A stretch of 64,000 bases of DNA from an uncultured delta proteobacterium (GCA_963755715.1 CAVWLW010000059.1:203910-267909); one strand, 5' to 3'; positions 40,663 to 51,773 are shown, numbered from the stretch's first letter. Numbers and translations are program-made. Notes: generated by a model not told the origin, from the letters alone.

Positions 40663-41448
40663 ATGTCCGCTTTTAAAGAGCTCTATGGCCCGTGGGCTCT
40701 TGTCACCGGCGCCTCTGCCGGAATTGGGGCGGAGTTTGCCAAGCAATTATCTGGCCACGGATTAAATCTCGTTCTAATTGCGCGCCGGCGGCAAAAGCTC
40801 GAAGAACTAGCGCGCGAACTCCAAGCTAAGAATAGAATTCAAGTTCGAATCCTTGCCCTAGATCTATCCCAGCCAGACTTTTTGCCGCCAATTTTAGCCT
40901 CCACCAACGGACTCGAGATCGGTTTACTGGTCAATAATGCCGGTTTCGGCATTGCCGGAGGATTCTTGGATCACGATCTCGAAAGAGAGCTAGACTTACT
41001 GGCGGTCAACTGCCGCGCGCCACTGATATTGACGCACGCGTTCGGACGGGAGATGGCACAGCGTAAAAGAGGCGCCATCATCTTCGTTTCATCCGTCAGC
41101 GCTTTTATCGCGACTCCGTTTGAGGCGACGTACGCGGCGAGCAAAGTCTATGAACTCTATTTGTCAGACGCCCTTGGCTACGAGCTACGAAATAAGGGCG
41201 TGCAGGTTTTGGCTTTGTGCCCCGGGTCCACCGACACTGAATTTCATGAAATCGCCGGCTCACCCGCGGTAGCCGCGATGCCCGTAGAACCCGTGGTTAG
41301 ATTGGCACTGCGAAACCTAGGCAAAAAGCTTGTGGCTATACCCGGCTGGCACAATCGCTTGCTGGTCTATACTCTGAAGCTTACGCCGCGTCGTTTACAA
41401 ACCTTCCTCGCCGGCAGGGTAATGGCCAACCTCGTCAAAAAAACGTAG
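40663..41448 (+). CDS. Short-chain dehydrogenase/reductase
   Basis: TGASAGIG, NNAG and YAASK motifs. Confidence 0.93.
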   Translation: MSAFKELYGPWALVTGASAGIGAEFAKQLSGHGLNLVLIARRRQKLEELARELQAKNRIQVRILALDLSQPDFLPPILASTNGLEIGLLVNNAGFGIAGGFLDHDLERELDLLAVNCRAPLILTHAFGREMAQRKRGAIIFVSSVSAFIATPFEATYAASKVYELYLSDALGYELRNKGVQVLALCPGSTDTEFHEIAGSPAVAAMPVEPVVRLALRNLGKKLVAIPGWHNRLLVYTLKLTPRRLQTFLAGRVMANLVKKT

Positions 41449-41508
41449 CCTCGCCTCATTCTCTCCCACTCTGGTTCACCCGATTTCGTATGTTATAGTT
41501 GTGGCGCG

Positions 41509-43029
41509 ATGTGGTCCGTGCCAAATCAGTTACTGAGGAGTACGAACAGCGAGTTCCCGCCGCAGACTAATTCATCGCAAAGTGATTTCACCGGGCGAAT
41601 AGATCGCCGCCTGAGCTTTGTTTATATCTCACTTTTCGTGCTGCTTCTAATCGTCGGTGGAGCCTCGCTCTATCTTTTGGGCTCCCATCTGATCAAATCC
41701 GCGGCAATATCGAGGCAGAGCGAACAAATTCATATCGTCGAACAAATAGATCGCCATCTACAAACTTTCACTTCTGCAATACAGCTGGCGCACCTGCAAG
41801 GTAATACAATTACAAATCACTATTTAGAAGATTCCTCTAGACAGTTTGAAACTCTTCTGACTCTGTATAGGAATTCGGGCGGATCCGAACGCAACATTCT
41901 GGAAATGCGGCAGATGATTTCCGACGCGGAAAGCGTCACCGCTGCCATCGCGAACCGGATGCGGAACAACCTCAACCCTACCCCGCCTGTGAATACCCAC
42001 GACCTAACAGTGATGGAGTCGATTCAGCAGCGCATTCAATCCTTTACCGAGCGGGTAAGCGCCGAACACGAGCGAGTCGAAGATGAGCTTGTTTCCGGGA
42101 CGCGCGCAAAGATGAGACTCATCATAGGCTTTAATATCGCATTGGTTTTGATCGGAACCGTTTTTCTCGTTGTTTTGAAACGGCACTTTAACCATACGAT
42201 AGCCATTCCTCTACGTCGGCTCGCCGACAAATCCGCAGTCATAGCAAGGGGCGAGTTTCCCGAGGCGATCCCCGTGGCTTCAAAGGATGAAATTGGACTC
42301 GTGAGCCACAGCTTCAATCACATGGCCGAGCGTTTAAGAGAACATCAGGAAAAGTTAAAAGGCGTGGCAATTTTAGAGGAACGAGAACGAGTCGCCTGCG
42401 AGCTTCATGACAGTCTAGCCCAAGATCTCGCCGCGATCCGACTAAAACTCATCGCCGCTCATCGAAGCATCAACACCGACGCCGTCGAGCCGACCGAGGG
42501 CCGTCTCAAAGAACTGATTCAGATCGTCGACGACGCTTATCAGAACTTGCGAGAATCGATTTTTGGGTTACGCGCTCTTACTCTAAGAAATGACGTGGGC
42601 TTGATCACGGCACTTCGGGCGTTCCTTCGAGATTTTAGCGAAGTGAGAAAATTGCCCGTCGAACTTATCGTTGCCGATTTCGCGGCGATTCATTTTTCAC
42701 CGGGGGTTGAAATACAATTTATCCGCATTCTTCACGAAGCCCTCGCAAATATCGTCAAGCATGCCCACGCGAGCAAGGGAACCATCAGCATTACCCCTCA
42801 CGAGCAGACCGCAACGATAACCATTGAGGATGACGGCGAAGGATTTTGTCCGGCAACAATATTCGAGTCCAGTCTGCGTTTCGGTCTTACGACGATGAAA
42901 GATCGAGCGCAATCCGCAGGCGGCGACCTCTGCGTCGAAAGCAAACCCGGGATCGGCACTAAAGTCACGATTTATCTGCCATTGCTCTATCCGAAAGAGA
43001 ATGAAACCCATTCGGCTACTGTTGGCTGA
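41509..43029 (+). CDS. Sensor histidine kinase (NarX/DesK HisKA_3 type, HAMP domain)
   Basis: Two TM segments, HAMP (DEIG..FN.M), ERERVACELHDSLAQ, EALANIVKHA and DDGEGF. Confidence 0.92.
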   Translation: MWSVPNQLLRSTNSEFPPQTNSSQSDFTGRIDRRLSFVYISLFVLLLIVGGASLYLLGSHLIKSAAISRQSEQIHIVEQIDRHLQTFTSAIQLAHLQGNTITNHYLEDSSRQFETLLTLYRNSGGSERNILEMRQMISDAESVTAAIANRMRNNLNPTPPVNTHDLTVMESIQQRIQSFTERVSAEHERVEDELVSGTRAKMRLIIGFNIALVLIGTVFLVVLKRHFNHTIAIPLRRLADKSAVIARGEFPEAIPVASKDEIGLVSHSFNHMAERLREHQEKLKGVAILEERERVACELHDSLAQDLAAIRLKLIAAHRSINTDAVEPTEGRLKELIQIVDDAYQNLRESIFGLRALTLRNDVGLITALRAFLRDFSEVRKLPVELIVADFAAIHFSPGVEIQFIRILHEALANIVKHAHASKGTISITPHEQTATITIEDDGEGFCPATIFESSLRFGLTTMKDRAQSAGGDLCVESKPGIGTKVTIYLPLLYPKENETHSATVG

Positions 43030-43669
43030 CGATCACACCCTTTTTCGAAAGGGTTTGGTCAGTCTTCTGGAACAAGAAAGATGTTTCGAGATTGTCGGCG
43101 AAGCCGACAATGGCCAACAAGCGATCGCGCAAACAAAAGTGTTTCGCCCGGATCTTGTGTTAATGGACATTCATATGCCTGTTGTCGACGGACTGGAGGC
43201 AACCCGGCAAATCACCAAAACGCTGCCCCAATCGCGCGTTGTGATTCTGACGGTTTCCGAAGAGGACAAGGACGTCTTTGAGGCGATCAAGTGCGGCGCT
43301 TACGGCTATCTCTCCAAGAAGATCGAGCCGGAAAAATTATGCGAATTATTATTGGGCGTCTCGCGCGGCGAAGCAGCCCTTACTGGCTCCACGGCAACGA
43401 AAATTTTGCAAGAATTTGCCGCGGAACAATCAAAGACTTGCGAAGCGGCGGACCTCCGCGCCCTCACAGAACGAGAACAAGAAGTTCTCAAACTTTTAGC
43501 GACCGGACTCACCAACAAGGAAATCGGCGCGCGACTGTCGCTCGCCGAAAACACCGTCAAGAACCATCTTAAAAATATTCTCGCCAAACTCCATTTACAG
43601 AATCGTGTACAAGCCGCAACTCTAGCAGTCCAACAAGGTTTGCACGGCGGTAAAATTCGTCGACCGTAG
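43001..43669 (+). CDS. NarL/LuxR-family response regulator
   Basis: LADDH, LMDIHMP and LTERE..NKEI..TVKNH motifs. Confidence 0.95.
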   Translation: MKPIRLLLADDHTLFRKGLVSLLEQERCFEIVGEADNGQQAIAQTKVFRPDLVLMDIHMPVVDGLEATRQITKTLPQSRVVILTVSEEDKDVFEAIKCGAYGYLSKKIEPEKLCELLLGVSRGEAALTGSTATKILQEFAAEQSKTCEAADLRALTEREQEVLKLLATGLTNKEIGARLSLAENTVKNHLKNILAKLHLQNRVQAATLAVQQGLHGGKIRRP

Positions 43670-43699
43670 CGCACCGTCACTTCGCGCCCCGCGAGCTCA

Positions 43700-43729
43700 T
43701 AGCCCCTTAGAGCTAGCGACCCTAGCTCT
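43700..43729. promoter_or_regulatory. Candidate NarL-family 7-2-7 binding site
   Basis: TAGCCCC-TT-AGAGCTA plus a third heptamer TAGCTCT upstream of the desaturase. Confidence 0.4.
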
Positions 43730-43854
43730 TAATATCTCGGCATTTCACTGTATCGCACGAAAGCAGTCGCGTATATTTTTCTCGACGGGCGAATGGTTTG
43801 GTATTTCGATTGTCGCCCATTTGCGGACGAGCTCATACGCAACCCCATCAAGTC

Positions 43855-44863
43855 ATGATTGCAATCTCCAAATACCGACCGCGCCGAAGAGTTGCGACAA
43901 ACTGCTCCAATCCGTCAATCCCAAAAATAACCAACCTCACCCTAGCCGGTCTGCACTGTTGCATCAGTCTATTTCAGTTTTTCGTTTTGCCGATTTATCT
44001 ATTGCCGAGGAGCCCGCGCTGGGGCGTCGTCCTTGTTGCCTGTGCGCTTACGACAACGCCTCTATGGGCCCTGCTACACGAAGCCATTCACGGGGTATTC
44101 AACGCGTCCGGTTGGGTCAATGGCACCGTGGGAAGACTACTCGCTATCTGTTTCGGCTCTCCTTTTCACGTTCTCCGGCTCACTCACCTTTCGCATCATA
44201 AGTTCAACCGGGCGAGTAACGGAAAAAGGTACGGAAATTTATGATTCACTGAAAGTCTCACGGCTTCGTGCGTCGGTTAATTACTTCTTTTATATTTTTT
44301 GCGGGCTCTACTGGCTCGAAGTTGCCTCGATATTTATATTTTTTGTTCCGCCCAGCGTCTTCCATCGGATGCGCAGGCGCCTTTTCGACCAAGGAAATCC
44401 GCAGGAAAAATGGTTGGCAGGACAATTTATGGACGAGACGCTCGTACGGCAAACCCACATCGATGGACTGGTGATCTGCCTGATATTGAGCTTCAGCGCC
44501 TATTGTTTCGGCCGGCACTGGTTGATGTTCGCTGCCCTTTTGATGGGACGAACGTTGCTCGTCTCGCTGCACGACAACGTCTACCATTACGGCACGCCTG
44601 TAGGCGTGGCAGTTTCCGGCCACAATCTCTTCATGCCTAAATTCTTCGCGACGCTGGTGCTCAACTTTAATTTGCACCGCATCCATCACAGACACCCCAA
44701 CGTACCATGGATCGAGCTGCCGGATTATTTTGCTCGGCAATCCGAGACTTATGATCAAAATTTTTTAATTGCGCTCGTCAATCAACTGTGTGGTCCAATC
44801 CCCATTTCAACCGCTCCCGAACGATTTCAATCGCCGCAAAAAATCGAGTCGGCCAACTCTTAA
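43855..44863 (+). CDS. Membrane fatty-acid desaturase family protein (frameshift near 44215)
   Basis: His boxes HEAIH, HLSHH, HDNVYH and HRIHHRHP. Confidence 0.85.
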
Positions 44864-44888
44864 GCAACCGCACTCCTAAAGTCGTATC

Positions 44889-45122
44889 ATGCTAAAAGCA
44901 GATAGTTGGTCACGGGACTTGCTACTCCTTACACTTTTGCTCGTCCTGTTCTTCGGCTTTCAGTTAGGCAAGCGAGCCATGTGGTCGCCGGACGAAGGAC
45001 GTTACTCCGAAGTTGCCCGCGAAATGGTTGTGAGCGGCGATTACATTACGCCGCGCCTCAACGGCGTTAAGTTTTTCGACAAACCGCGGCTTTTCTATTG
45101 GCTCCAGAGCCTGGTCACATAG
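44889..45122 (+). pseudogene. Truncated ArnT/PMT-family glycosyltransferase 5' fragment
   Basis: WSPDEGRYSEVAREMVVSGDYITPRLNG..DKP motif; ends after 77 aa at the junction with a Mo-hydroxylase small-subunit copy. Confidence 0.85.
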
Positions 45123-45131
45123 GAGGCGACG

Positions 45132-45597
45132 ACGGCGCGATCAACCCTGAAGGTAAATGGCAAGAATCAAAGCATTGACGCAGAGCCCCGACATGCCTCT
45201 GCTCTACGCTCTACGCAACGATCTCCAACTCAACAGTCCCAAGTTCGGCTGCGGCCTATCTCAGTGCGGCGCTTGCACCGTGATCATGGACGGTAACGCC
45301 CTTCGTTCCTGCGTTACTCCAATCAGCGCAGCGCAGAACAAATCCGTCACCACGCTCGACGGTCCGGGGACGATCAAGAAGATGCACAAGATCCAGCAGG
45401 CCTTTGTCGACGAGCAGGCGGCGCAGTGCGGTTACTGTATCAACGGCATGATCATGTCGACCAAGGCTCTTTTCGATAAGAATCCCAAGCCCAGCGATGA
45501 CCAGATCAAGACCGCCTTGGCCGGCAACCTCTGTCGTTGCGGCACGCATATTCGCATTCTTCGTGCGGTCAAGCGAGCATCCGGCCAATCGGCTTGA
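45132..45597 (+). pseudogene. Degenerate (2Fe-2S) small subunit of xanthine-oxidase-family Mo-hydroxylase
   Basis: Collinear with 46075-46541, but the start reads ACG, there is an early indel and conserved residues are substituted (NSPKF, LDGPG). Confidence 0.7.
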
Positions 45598-45609
45598 GGG
45601 AGGAAATTC

Positions 45610-45860
45610 ATGGACATCACTCGCAGGCAATTCTCAAAGGCGGCGGAGCGTTCGAATCCCTGGGCCTCTTGCTCGTGCTCTATGCGCTTACCTATGGGCC
45701 GGTAGTCGTGGTTACGCCGCTTACTGCGACGCTCCCTCTCTGGGTCGTGCTCGGCAGCAAACTGTTTCTTCGCGACCTGGAAAAAATTACCCCGCGCATC
45801 GTTGCCGGGGCCGCGCTAGTCGTCGCCGGCACGATTGCCATCACTCTGGCGAAAACTTAA
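45610..45860 (+). pseudogene. Chimeric remnant: first ~10 codons of a Mo-hydroxylase large subunit fused to a duplicate EamA 3' end
   Basis: ATGGACATCACTCGCAGGCA matches 46565 onward; 45639-45860 is near-identical to 40335-40556. Confidence 0.88.
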
Positions 45861-46074
45861 CATTTTTGAGCCCATGGGCAGGCGACTCAGGTCGCTTTAC
45901 GTCATTCTTTTCCAGGCGATAAAGATGCCGGCGAGCAAGATCGGGGCAGTTAATGGTCACCCGCCCCGTCACCTTTTCGCTTGTGAAATCTTGACTTTCC
46001 GCGACAACTTTCCACAATGAGACAAGTCTACGTCCCCCAGCGGACTTCGGTTGTCATAGGAAAAGGAGGCGACT

Positions 46075-46541
46075 ATGGCGCGATTAACGCTGAAGGTAAA
46101 CGGTAAGAATCAAACCATCGACGTAGAGCCCGACATGCCGCTTGCTCTACGCTCTGCGCAACGATCTCCAACTCAATGGCCCCAAATTCGGCTGCGGCCT
46201 GTCCCAATGCGGCGCTTGCACCGTCATCATGGACGGCAACGCCATTCGTTCCTGCGTCACTCCCGTCAGCGCGGCGCAGAACAAATCCGGTCACCACCCT
46301 CGAAGGTCTGGGCACGACCAAGAAGATGCACAAGATCCAGCAGGCCTTTGTCGACGAGCAGGCGGTGCAGTGCGGTTACTGCATCAACGGCATGATCATG
46401 TCGACCAAGGCGCTGCTCGATAAAAATCCCAAGCCCACCGACAGCCAAATCAAGACCGCCTTGGCCGGCAACCTGTGCCGCTGCGGCACGCATATCCGAA
46501 TATTGCGCGCGGTCAAACGGGCTTCGGGGCAATTGGCCTGA
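46075..46541 (+). CDS. (2Fe-2S) small subunit, CoxS/IorA family (two indels)
   Basis: FGCGLSQCGACTV, QCGYC and NLCRC motifs. Confidence 0.88.
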
Positions 46542-46554
46542 AGGGCGGATAGCG

Positions 46555-48825
46555 ATGAAATCTATGGACGTCACTCGCAGGCAGTTTCTCAAAGGCACCG
46601 GCGCGCTCATCGTCAGCTTCAACCTCTTTCCCTCCCTCCCATCGGTTTTCGCGCAGTCGAATCTGTTGCCGAACGGCGATCTCGATCCCGCACAGCTGGA
46701 TTCCTGGCTTGCCATCGCTCAAGACGGCACGGTGACGCTATTCACTAGCAAGGTCGATTTAGGGACCGGCATCGTGACCGCGTTGGCGCAGATCGCCGCC
46801 GAAGAGTTGGACGTGTCGTGGAAACAGATCAAAGTCATCCAGGGCGACACCGCTCTCACCGTCGACCAATCGGCCACCGGCGGCAGCCGCACTGTTGAAC
46901 GCGCCGGCCCGCAGGTCCGCCAAGCCGCGGCCGCTGCCCGGCAAGAGCTCATGCGTCTCGCCGCGGCAAGACTGGGCGTTGACGCAGACAAACTGAAGGT
47001 CAAAGACGGCATCGTCACCGCGCTCGACAACCCATCGAAAAAAACCACGTACGGACAGCTCGTCGGCGGCAAGAAATTCAATGTCAAAATCACCGCTCAA
47101 GGCGCCGCCGCAGATCTTAAGCTGGCGCAGGACGTCAAACCGAAAAACAGTAAGGACTATCAAACCGTCGGCACTACCGTGCCGCGCTTCGACATCCCGC
47201 CGAAACTTACCGGCGAAGCGGTCTATATTAATGATTTGCGCATCCCCGGCATGTTGCAGGGCCGCGTCGTCCGACCGCCGATGATCAGCACCGATCCGCT
47301 CGCTATCGACGAAGCATCGATTAAAAATATCCCCGGCGTCGTCAAAGTCGTGCGCGAAGGAAAATTCGTCGGCGTGGTCGCCAAGACCGAATGGGCGGCG
47401 ATCAAAGCGGCGCGAGCGCTGAAAGTCACGTGGTCGAAACCGACGACTGAATTGCCGGCCAACGCGGAGGAACTTTACGCTTATCTGAAAAGCACCAAGC
47501 CGATGCGCAGCCAAAAGGTAGTGGAGAAAGGCAACGTCGATAGCACTCTCGCTCAGGCCAAGAAGAGCTATTCGCGCACTTACCGTTGGCCGCTGCAGTT
47601 GCACGGCATGATCGGACCGTCGTGCGCCATCGCCGACGTGAAGTCGGACAAGGCGACGATTTGGTGCGGCACCCAGGGACCGTTTCGTTCGCGCAAGAAT
47701 ATCGCCACGTTGCTTAAACTTCCGGAAAAAGATGTGCGGGTGATCTACTACGAGGGCTCGGGTTCCTATGGCCGCTTGGCGACGGAAGATGCCGGCGAAG
47801 ACGCAGCTCTGTTGTCCCGCGCGGTCGGCGCGCCGGTACGGGTGCAGTGGTCGCGCGAAGACGAGCATGGCTGGTCGCCCAAGGGGCCGGCGCAATTCGA
47901 CGAAGTCAAAGCCGCGCTCGACAGCGACGGCAAATGGATCGCGTGGGACTTCACCGACTTCAGTTTGCCGCGCACCGAAGCGGACGGCACACCCATGCTG
48001 GCGTCAGTGCAAGTCGGCATCAAACCCGCCAACCCTGACGCTTCCAATGGCGGTCAGAGTTCGGGCGAAATTTACGGTGTCGACCACCAGCGCATCTTCG
48101 CCAACCTGATCAATTGGCGCTTCGCCGAACCGATTCCGCTGCGCACCAGCCAGCTGCGCGCCCCCGGCGATATTGCGCGCTGTTTCGCGACCGAATGCAT
48201 GCTCGATGAAATCGCCGCTGATCTAAAAGCCGATCCGGTGGAGTTTCGCCTGCGCTATCTGACCAAAGACCAACGGGCGAGCGAATGTTTGCAAGCCGCA
48301 GCAGACAAAGCCCAGTGGCAAAAACGCGCCTTTCCGAGTCTTGTCGTCAGCGGCAACATCGCCAAAGGACGCGGCGTCGCGCTAACACGACGCTCCGGCG
48401 CCTATGTCGCGCTGGTGGTCGATGTCGAGGTCGACAAGACCAATGGGCAAGTCGCCGTCAAACGGATCGTTTGCGCCCACGACTGCGGCCTGATCGTCAA
48501 TCCCGACGGCGTCAAAAATCAAATTGAAGGAAACGTCATCCAGGGCGTCAGCCGCGCGCTCTTCGAAGAAGTGATGTTCGACGCCAATGGTGTCCGCAGC
48601 CTCGACTGGAGCAGCTACCCGATCCTGCGCTTCACCGACCTGCCGCCGTTGGACGTCGTCTTGATCAACCGGCCCGATATCGCGCCGCTCGGCGCCGGCG
48701 AACCGGCAACGATTCCTCTGGCGGCGTCCATCGGCAACGCGATTTTCGATGCGACCGGCGTACGCTTGTACGAAGGGCCCTTCACCGCCAAGCGCGTGCT
48801 CGCGGCGTTACAGAAAACCGCCTGA
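46555..48825 (+). CDS. Xanthine-oxidase-family Mo-binding large subunit (IorB/NicB-like), Tat-exported
   Basis: TRRQFLK, KVDLGTG, GSGSYGR, LRAPG, NQIEG and GAGEP motifs. Confidence 0.92.
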   Translation: MKSMDVTRRQFLKGTGALIVSFNLFPSLPSVFAQSNLLPNGDLDPAQLDSWLAIAQDGTVTLFTSKVDLGTGIVTALAQIAAEELDVSWKQIKVIQGDTALTVDQSATGGSRTVERAGPQVRQAAAAARQELMRLAAARLGVDADKLKVKDGIVTALDNPSKKTTYGQLVGGKKFNVKITAQGAAADLKLAQDVKPKNSKDYQTVGTTVPRFDIPPKLTGEAVYINDLRIPGMLQGRVVRPPMISTDPLAIDEASIKNIPGVVKVVREGKFVGVVAKTEWAAIKAARALKVTWSKPTTELPANAEELYAYLKSTKPMRSQKVVEKGNVDSTLAQAKKSYSRTYRWPLQLHGMIGPSCAIADVKSDKATIWCGTQGPFRSRKNIATLLKLPEKDVRVIYYEGSGSYGRLATEDAGEDAALLSRAVGAPVRVQWSREDEHGWSPKGPAQFDEVKAALDSDGKWIAWDFTDFSLPRTEADGTPMLASVQVGIKPANPDASNGGQSSGEIYGVDHQRIFANLINWRFAEPIPLRTSQLRAPGDIARCFATECMLDEIAADLKADPVEFRLRYLTKDQRASECLQAAADKAQWQKRAFPSLVVSGNIAKGRGVALTRRSGAYVALVVDVEVDKTNGQVAVKRIVCAHDCGLIVNPDGVKNQIEGNVIQGVSRALFEEVMFDANGVRSLDWSSYPILRFTDLPPLDVVLINRPDIAPLGAGEPATIPLAASIGNAIFDATGVRLYEGPFTAKRVLAALQKTA

Positions 48826-48980
48826 TGCTTTGGAGTTTTATGACCGCCGCATGCCGCGTGATATATGAAAAAGATTCGCCGAACAGCGGCGTACCGCACA
48901 ACGATAGTCGCCTTGATATTTCCCGTATGAGAAAATTATTAACTTGAGATGGCAATCCATCGCCTGAAAGGAGCTGATTC

Positions 48981-49445
48981 ATGGCCAAGTATTCCCTTCG
49001 CGTAAACGGTAAGAATCAAGCCGTCGACGCAGAGCCCGACATGCCCTTGCTCTACGCTCTGCGCAACGATCTTCAACTCAATGGCCCGAAGTTCGGCTGC
49101 GGCCTGTCCCAATGCGGCGCTTGCACCGTCATCATGGACGGCAACGCCATTCGTTCCTGCGTCACTCCCGTCAGCGCGGCTCAGAACAAATCGGTCACCA
49201 CGCTCGAAGGCCTGGGCACGACCAAGAAGATGCACAAGATCCAGCAGGCCTTTGTCGACGAGCAGGCGGTGCAGTGCGGTTACTGCATCAACGGCATGAT
49301 CATGTCGACCAAGGCGCTGCTCGATAAAACTCCCAAGCCCACCGACAGCCAAATCAAGACCGCCTTGGCCGGCAACCTGTGCCGTTGCGGCACGCATATC
49401 CGTATTCTTCGCGCGGTCAAGCGGGCATCCGGTCAGTTGGCCTAA
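48981..49445 (+). CDS. (2Fe-2S) small subunit, CoxS/IorA family
   Basis: Same Cys motifs; intact ORF with RBS. Confidence 0.95.
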   Translation: MAKYSLRVNGKNQAVDAEPDMPLLYALRNDLQLNGPKFGCGLSQCGACTVIMDGNAIRSCVTPVSAAQNKSVTTLEGLGTTKKMHKIQQAFVDEQAVQCGYCINGMIMSTKALLDKTPKPTDSQIKTALAGNLCRCGTHIRILRAVKRASGQLA

Positions 49446-49459
49446 CAAGGAGCGAAACG

Positions 49460-51722
49460 ATGAAAACCATCGAACTCAATCGCAGACAATTTCTCAAAAC
49501 CACCGGCGGATTGATCGTCAGCTTCAACTTGTTTCCCTCGCTGCCGGCATTCGGTCAATCGACCGTCGGACCCGGCATGGACGCGGACCCGACTCAGCTC
49601 GATTCCTGGCTTGCGGTGGCGCCGGATGGCACGGTCACGGTTTTCAGCGGCAAGGTTGATCTTGGCACCGGCGTGGAAACCGCGCTGGCGCAAATCGTCG
49701 CGGAAGAGTTGGACGTGCCGTTTAACCGCATCCACATGATTGGGCTGGATACCAACAAGGCGATCAATCAAGGCACGACCTCTGGCAGTCGAACTATCGA
49801 ACGGGGCGGCCCGCAATTGCGCCAAGCCGCCGCGGCGGCGCGCCAGGAGTTGCTAAAGCTCGCCGCCGCGCAATTGAACGCGCCGGTCGAAAAGTTGACC
49901 GTCGTCGACGGCGTGGTGAGCGACGGCGCGAAAAAGATTTCCTATGGCCAACTGATCGGCGGCAAAAAGTTCAACGTTAAGATCACCGCCACGGGCACGG
50001 GCTGGGATATGAAAGTCGCGCCGGAGGTCCGCGCCAAAGATGTCAAAGATCACAAGGTCGTCGGCACGTCGCAGAAACGCATCGACCTGCCGGCCAAACT
50101 TACCGGCGAGTTTACTTATGCCAATGACGTGCGCATATCCGGCATGTTGCACGGTCGCGTGGTTCGCCCGCCGACGATCACATCGAAGCCGGCCAACATT
50201 GACGACAGCAGCGTCAAGAATATTCCTGGGTTGGTAAAGATCGTGCAGGAAGGCAGCTTCGTCGGCGTCGTGTGCCAGACTGAGTGGGCAGCGATTCGCG
50301 CCGCGAAAGCTCTCAAAGTATCGTGGTCGCAGCCGGCAACCAAAATGCCGGCCGGCGCGGACGAGATATTTGCTTACCTCAAAGACACCAAGAGCCTCAA
50401 CGACCAGGTAACGGTCAACAAAGGCAACCCCGACAGTGCGCTCGCGCAAGCGAAGAAGACTTACGAGGCGACTTATCGATGGCCGTTTCAAATGCATGGC
50501 ATGATGGGTCCGCCCTGCGCCGTGGCCGACGTCGCCAAAGATCAGGTGACGATTTACACCGGGACCCAAGGTTCCTTTGAGACCCGCAAGGCGGTCGCCG
50601 AATTGCTTGGCCTTCCCGAATCCAACGTTCGCGTGCTCTATCGAGAAGCCTCCGGCAGTTACGGCCGCATGGGCGCCGACGATGCCGCTGAAGACGCGGC
50701 CCTCCTGTCACGCGCAGTGGGCAAACCGGTGCGCGTGCAGTGGATGCGCGACGACGAACATGGTTGGGAGCCCAAAGGCCCGGCGCAGTTGGATCTCATT
50801 CGCGCGGGTATCGACGGCGACGGCAAGATCATCGCCTGGGACTTTGCCGATCGAGGCTTTCCGCTCACTGCGGCTTCAGGCCGGGGCTTGCGGCTCCTGG
50901 CTTCGCGCCAAATCGGCATGAAACCCACGGCCAACGGCAATTCCAACGGCACCCGCGGCGGCGGCGAAATGTATGCGTTCGAAAATCAAAAGTGCGCCGC
51001 GCCGCTGATTCCATGGGTCCAAGCCGACGAAACACCGCTTCGCACCGGATATCTGCGCGCTCCCGGCGACATCGCGCGTTGTTTTGCCAGCGAGTCGTTC
51101 ATGGACGAGATCGCGGCAGACTTGCGCGTCGACCCGGTGCAGTTCCGCATGCGTTACCTCGGCGCCAACAAGCGCGGCGCGGAAGCCTTGGCCGCCGTCG
51201 TAAAGCAAGCCCAATGGCAGGAGAGGCCATCGCCCGCGGCAACGTCGTCGCGGCGCGAAAGCAGCGGGCAGAGGCGTGGCCATCTCCAATCGCGCCGAGA
51301 CGATCTGCGGCGCCGTGGCCGAAGTAGAAGTGGACACGTCGACGGGCAATGTCGCGGTGAAACGCTTCGTGCTCTCGCATGACTGCGGACTGATCATCAA
51401 TCCCGACGGACTGAAAAACCAGATCGAGGGGAATATTATTCAGGGCGTCAGCCGAGCGCTCATGGAAGAGGTCAAATTCGATTCGACTGGAATCAAGACT
51501 CTCGATTGGAACAGTTACCCGGTAATCCGATTTCCAAGCGTTCCGGAAATCGAAATCATACTGATCAACCGCCCGGAGATGCCCGCCCTCGGCGGCGGCG
51601 AGCCATCCAGCGCACCGATCGCCGCGGCGATTGCCAATGCGATTTTTGACGCTGTCGGCGTGCGCCTGCGCGAAGCGCCGTTCACACCGGAACGCGTGCT
51701 GGCAGGCTTGAAAAAAGCGTGA
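49460..51722 (+). CDS. Xanthine-oxidase-family Mo-binding large subunit, Tat-exported (frameshift near 51255)
   Basis: NRRQFLK, ASGSYGR, LRAPG and GGGEP motifs. Confidence 0.9.
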
Positions 51723-51731
51723 GAGTGATTT

Positions 51732-51773
51732 GGGGATTGGCCACTTTCGATTTGTGAAAAGTTGCCAATCCCC
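51732..51773 (+). terminator. Stem-loop terminator
   Basis: GGGGATTGGC...GCCAATCCCC followed by TTGTTT. Confidence 0.7.
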
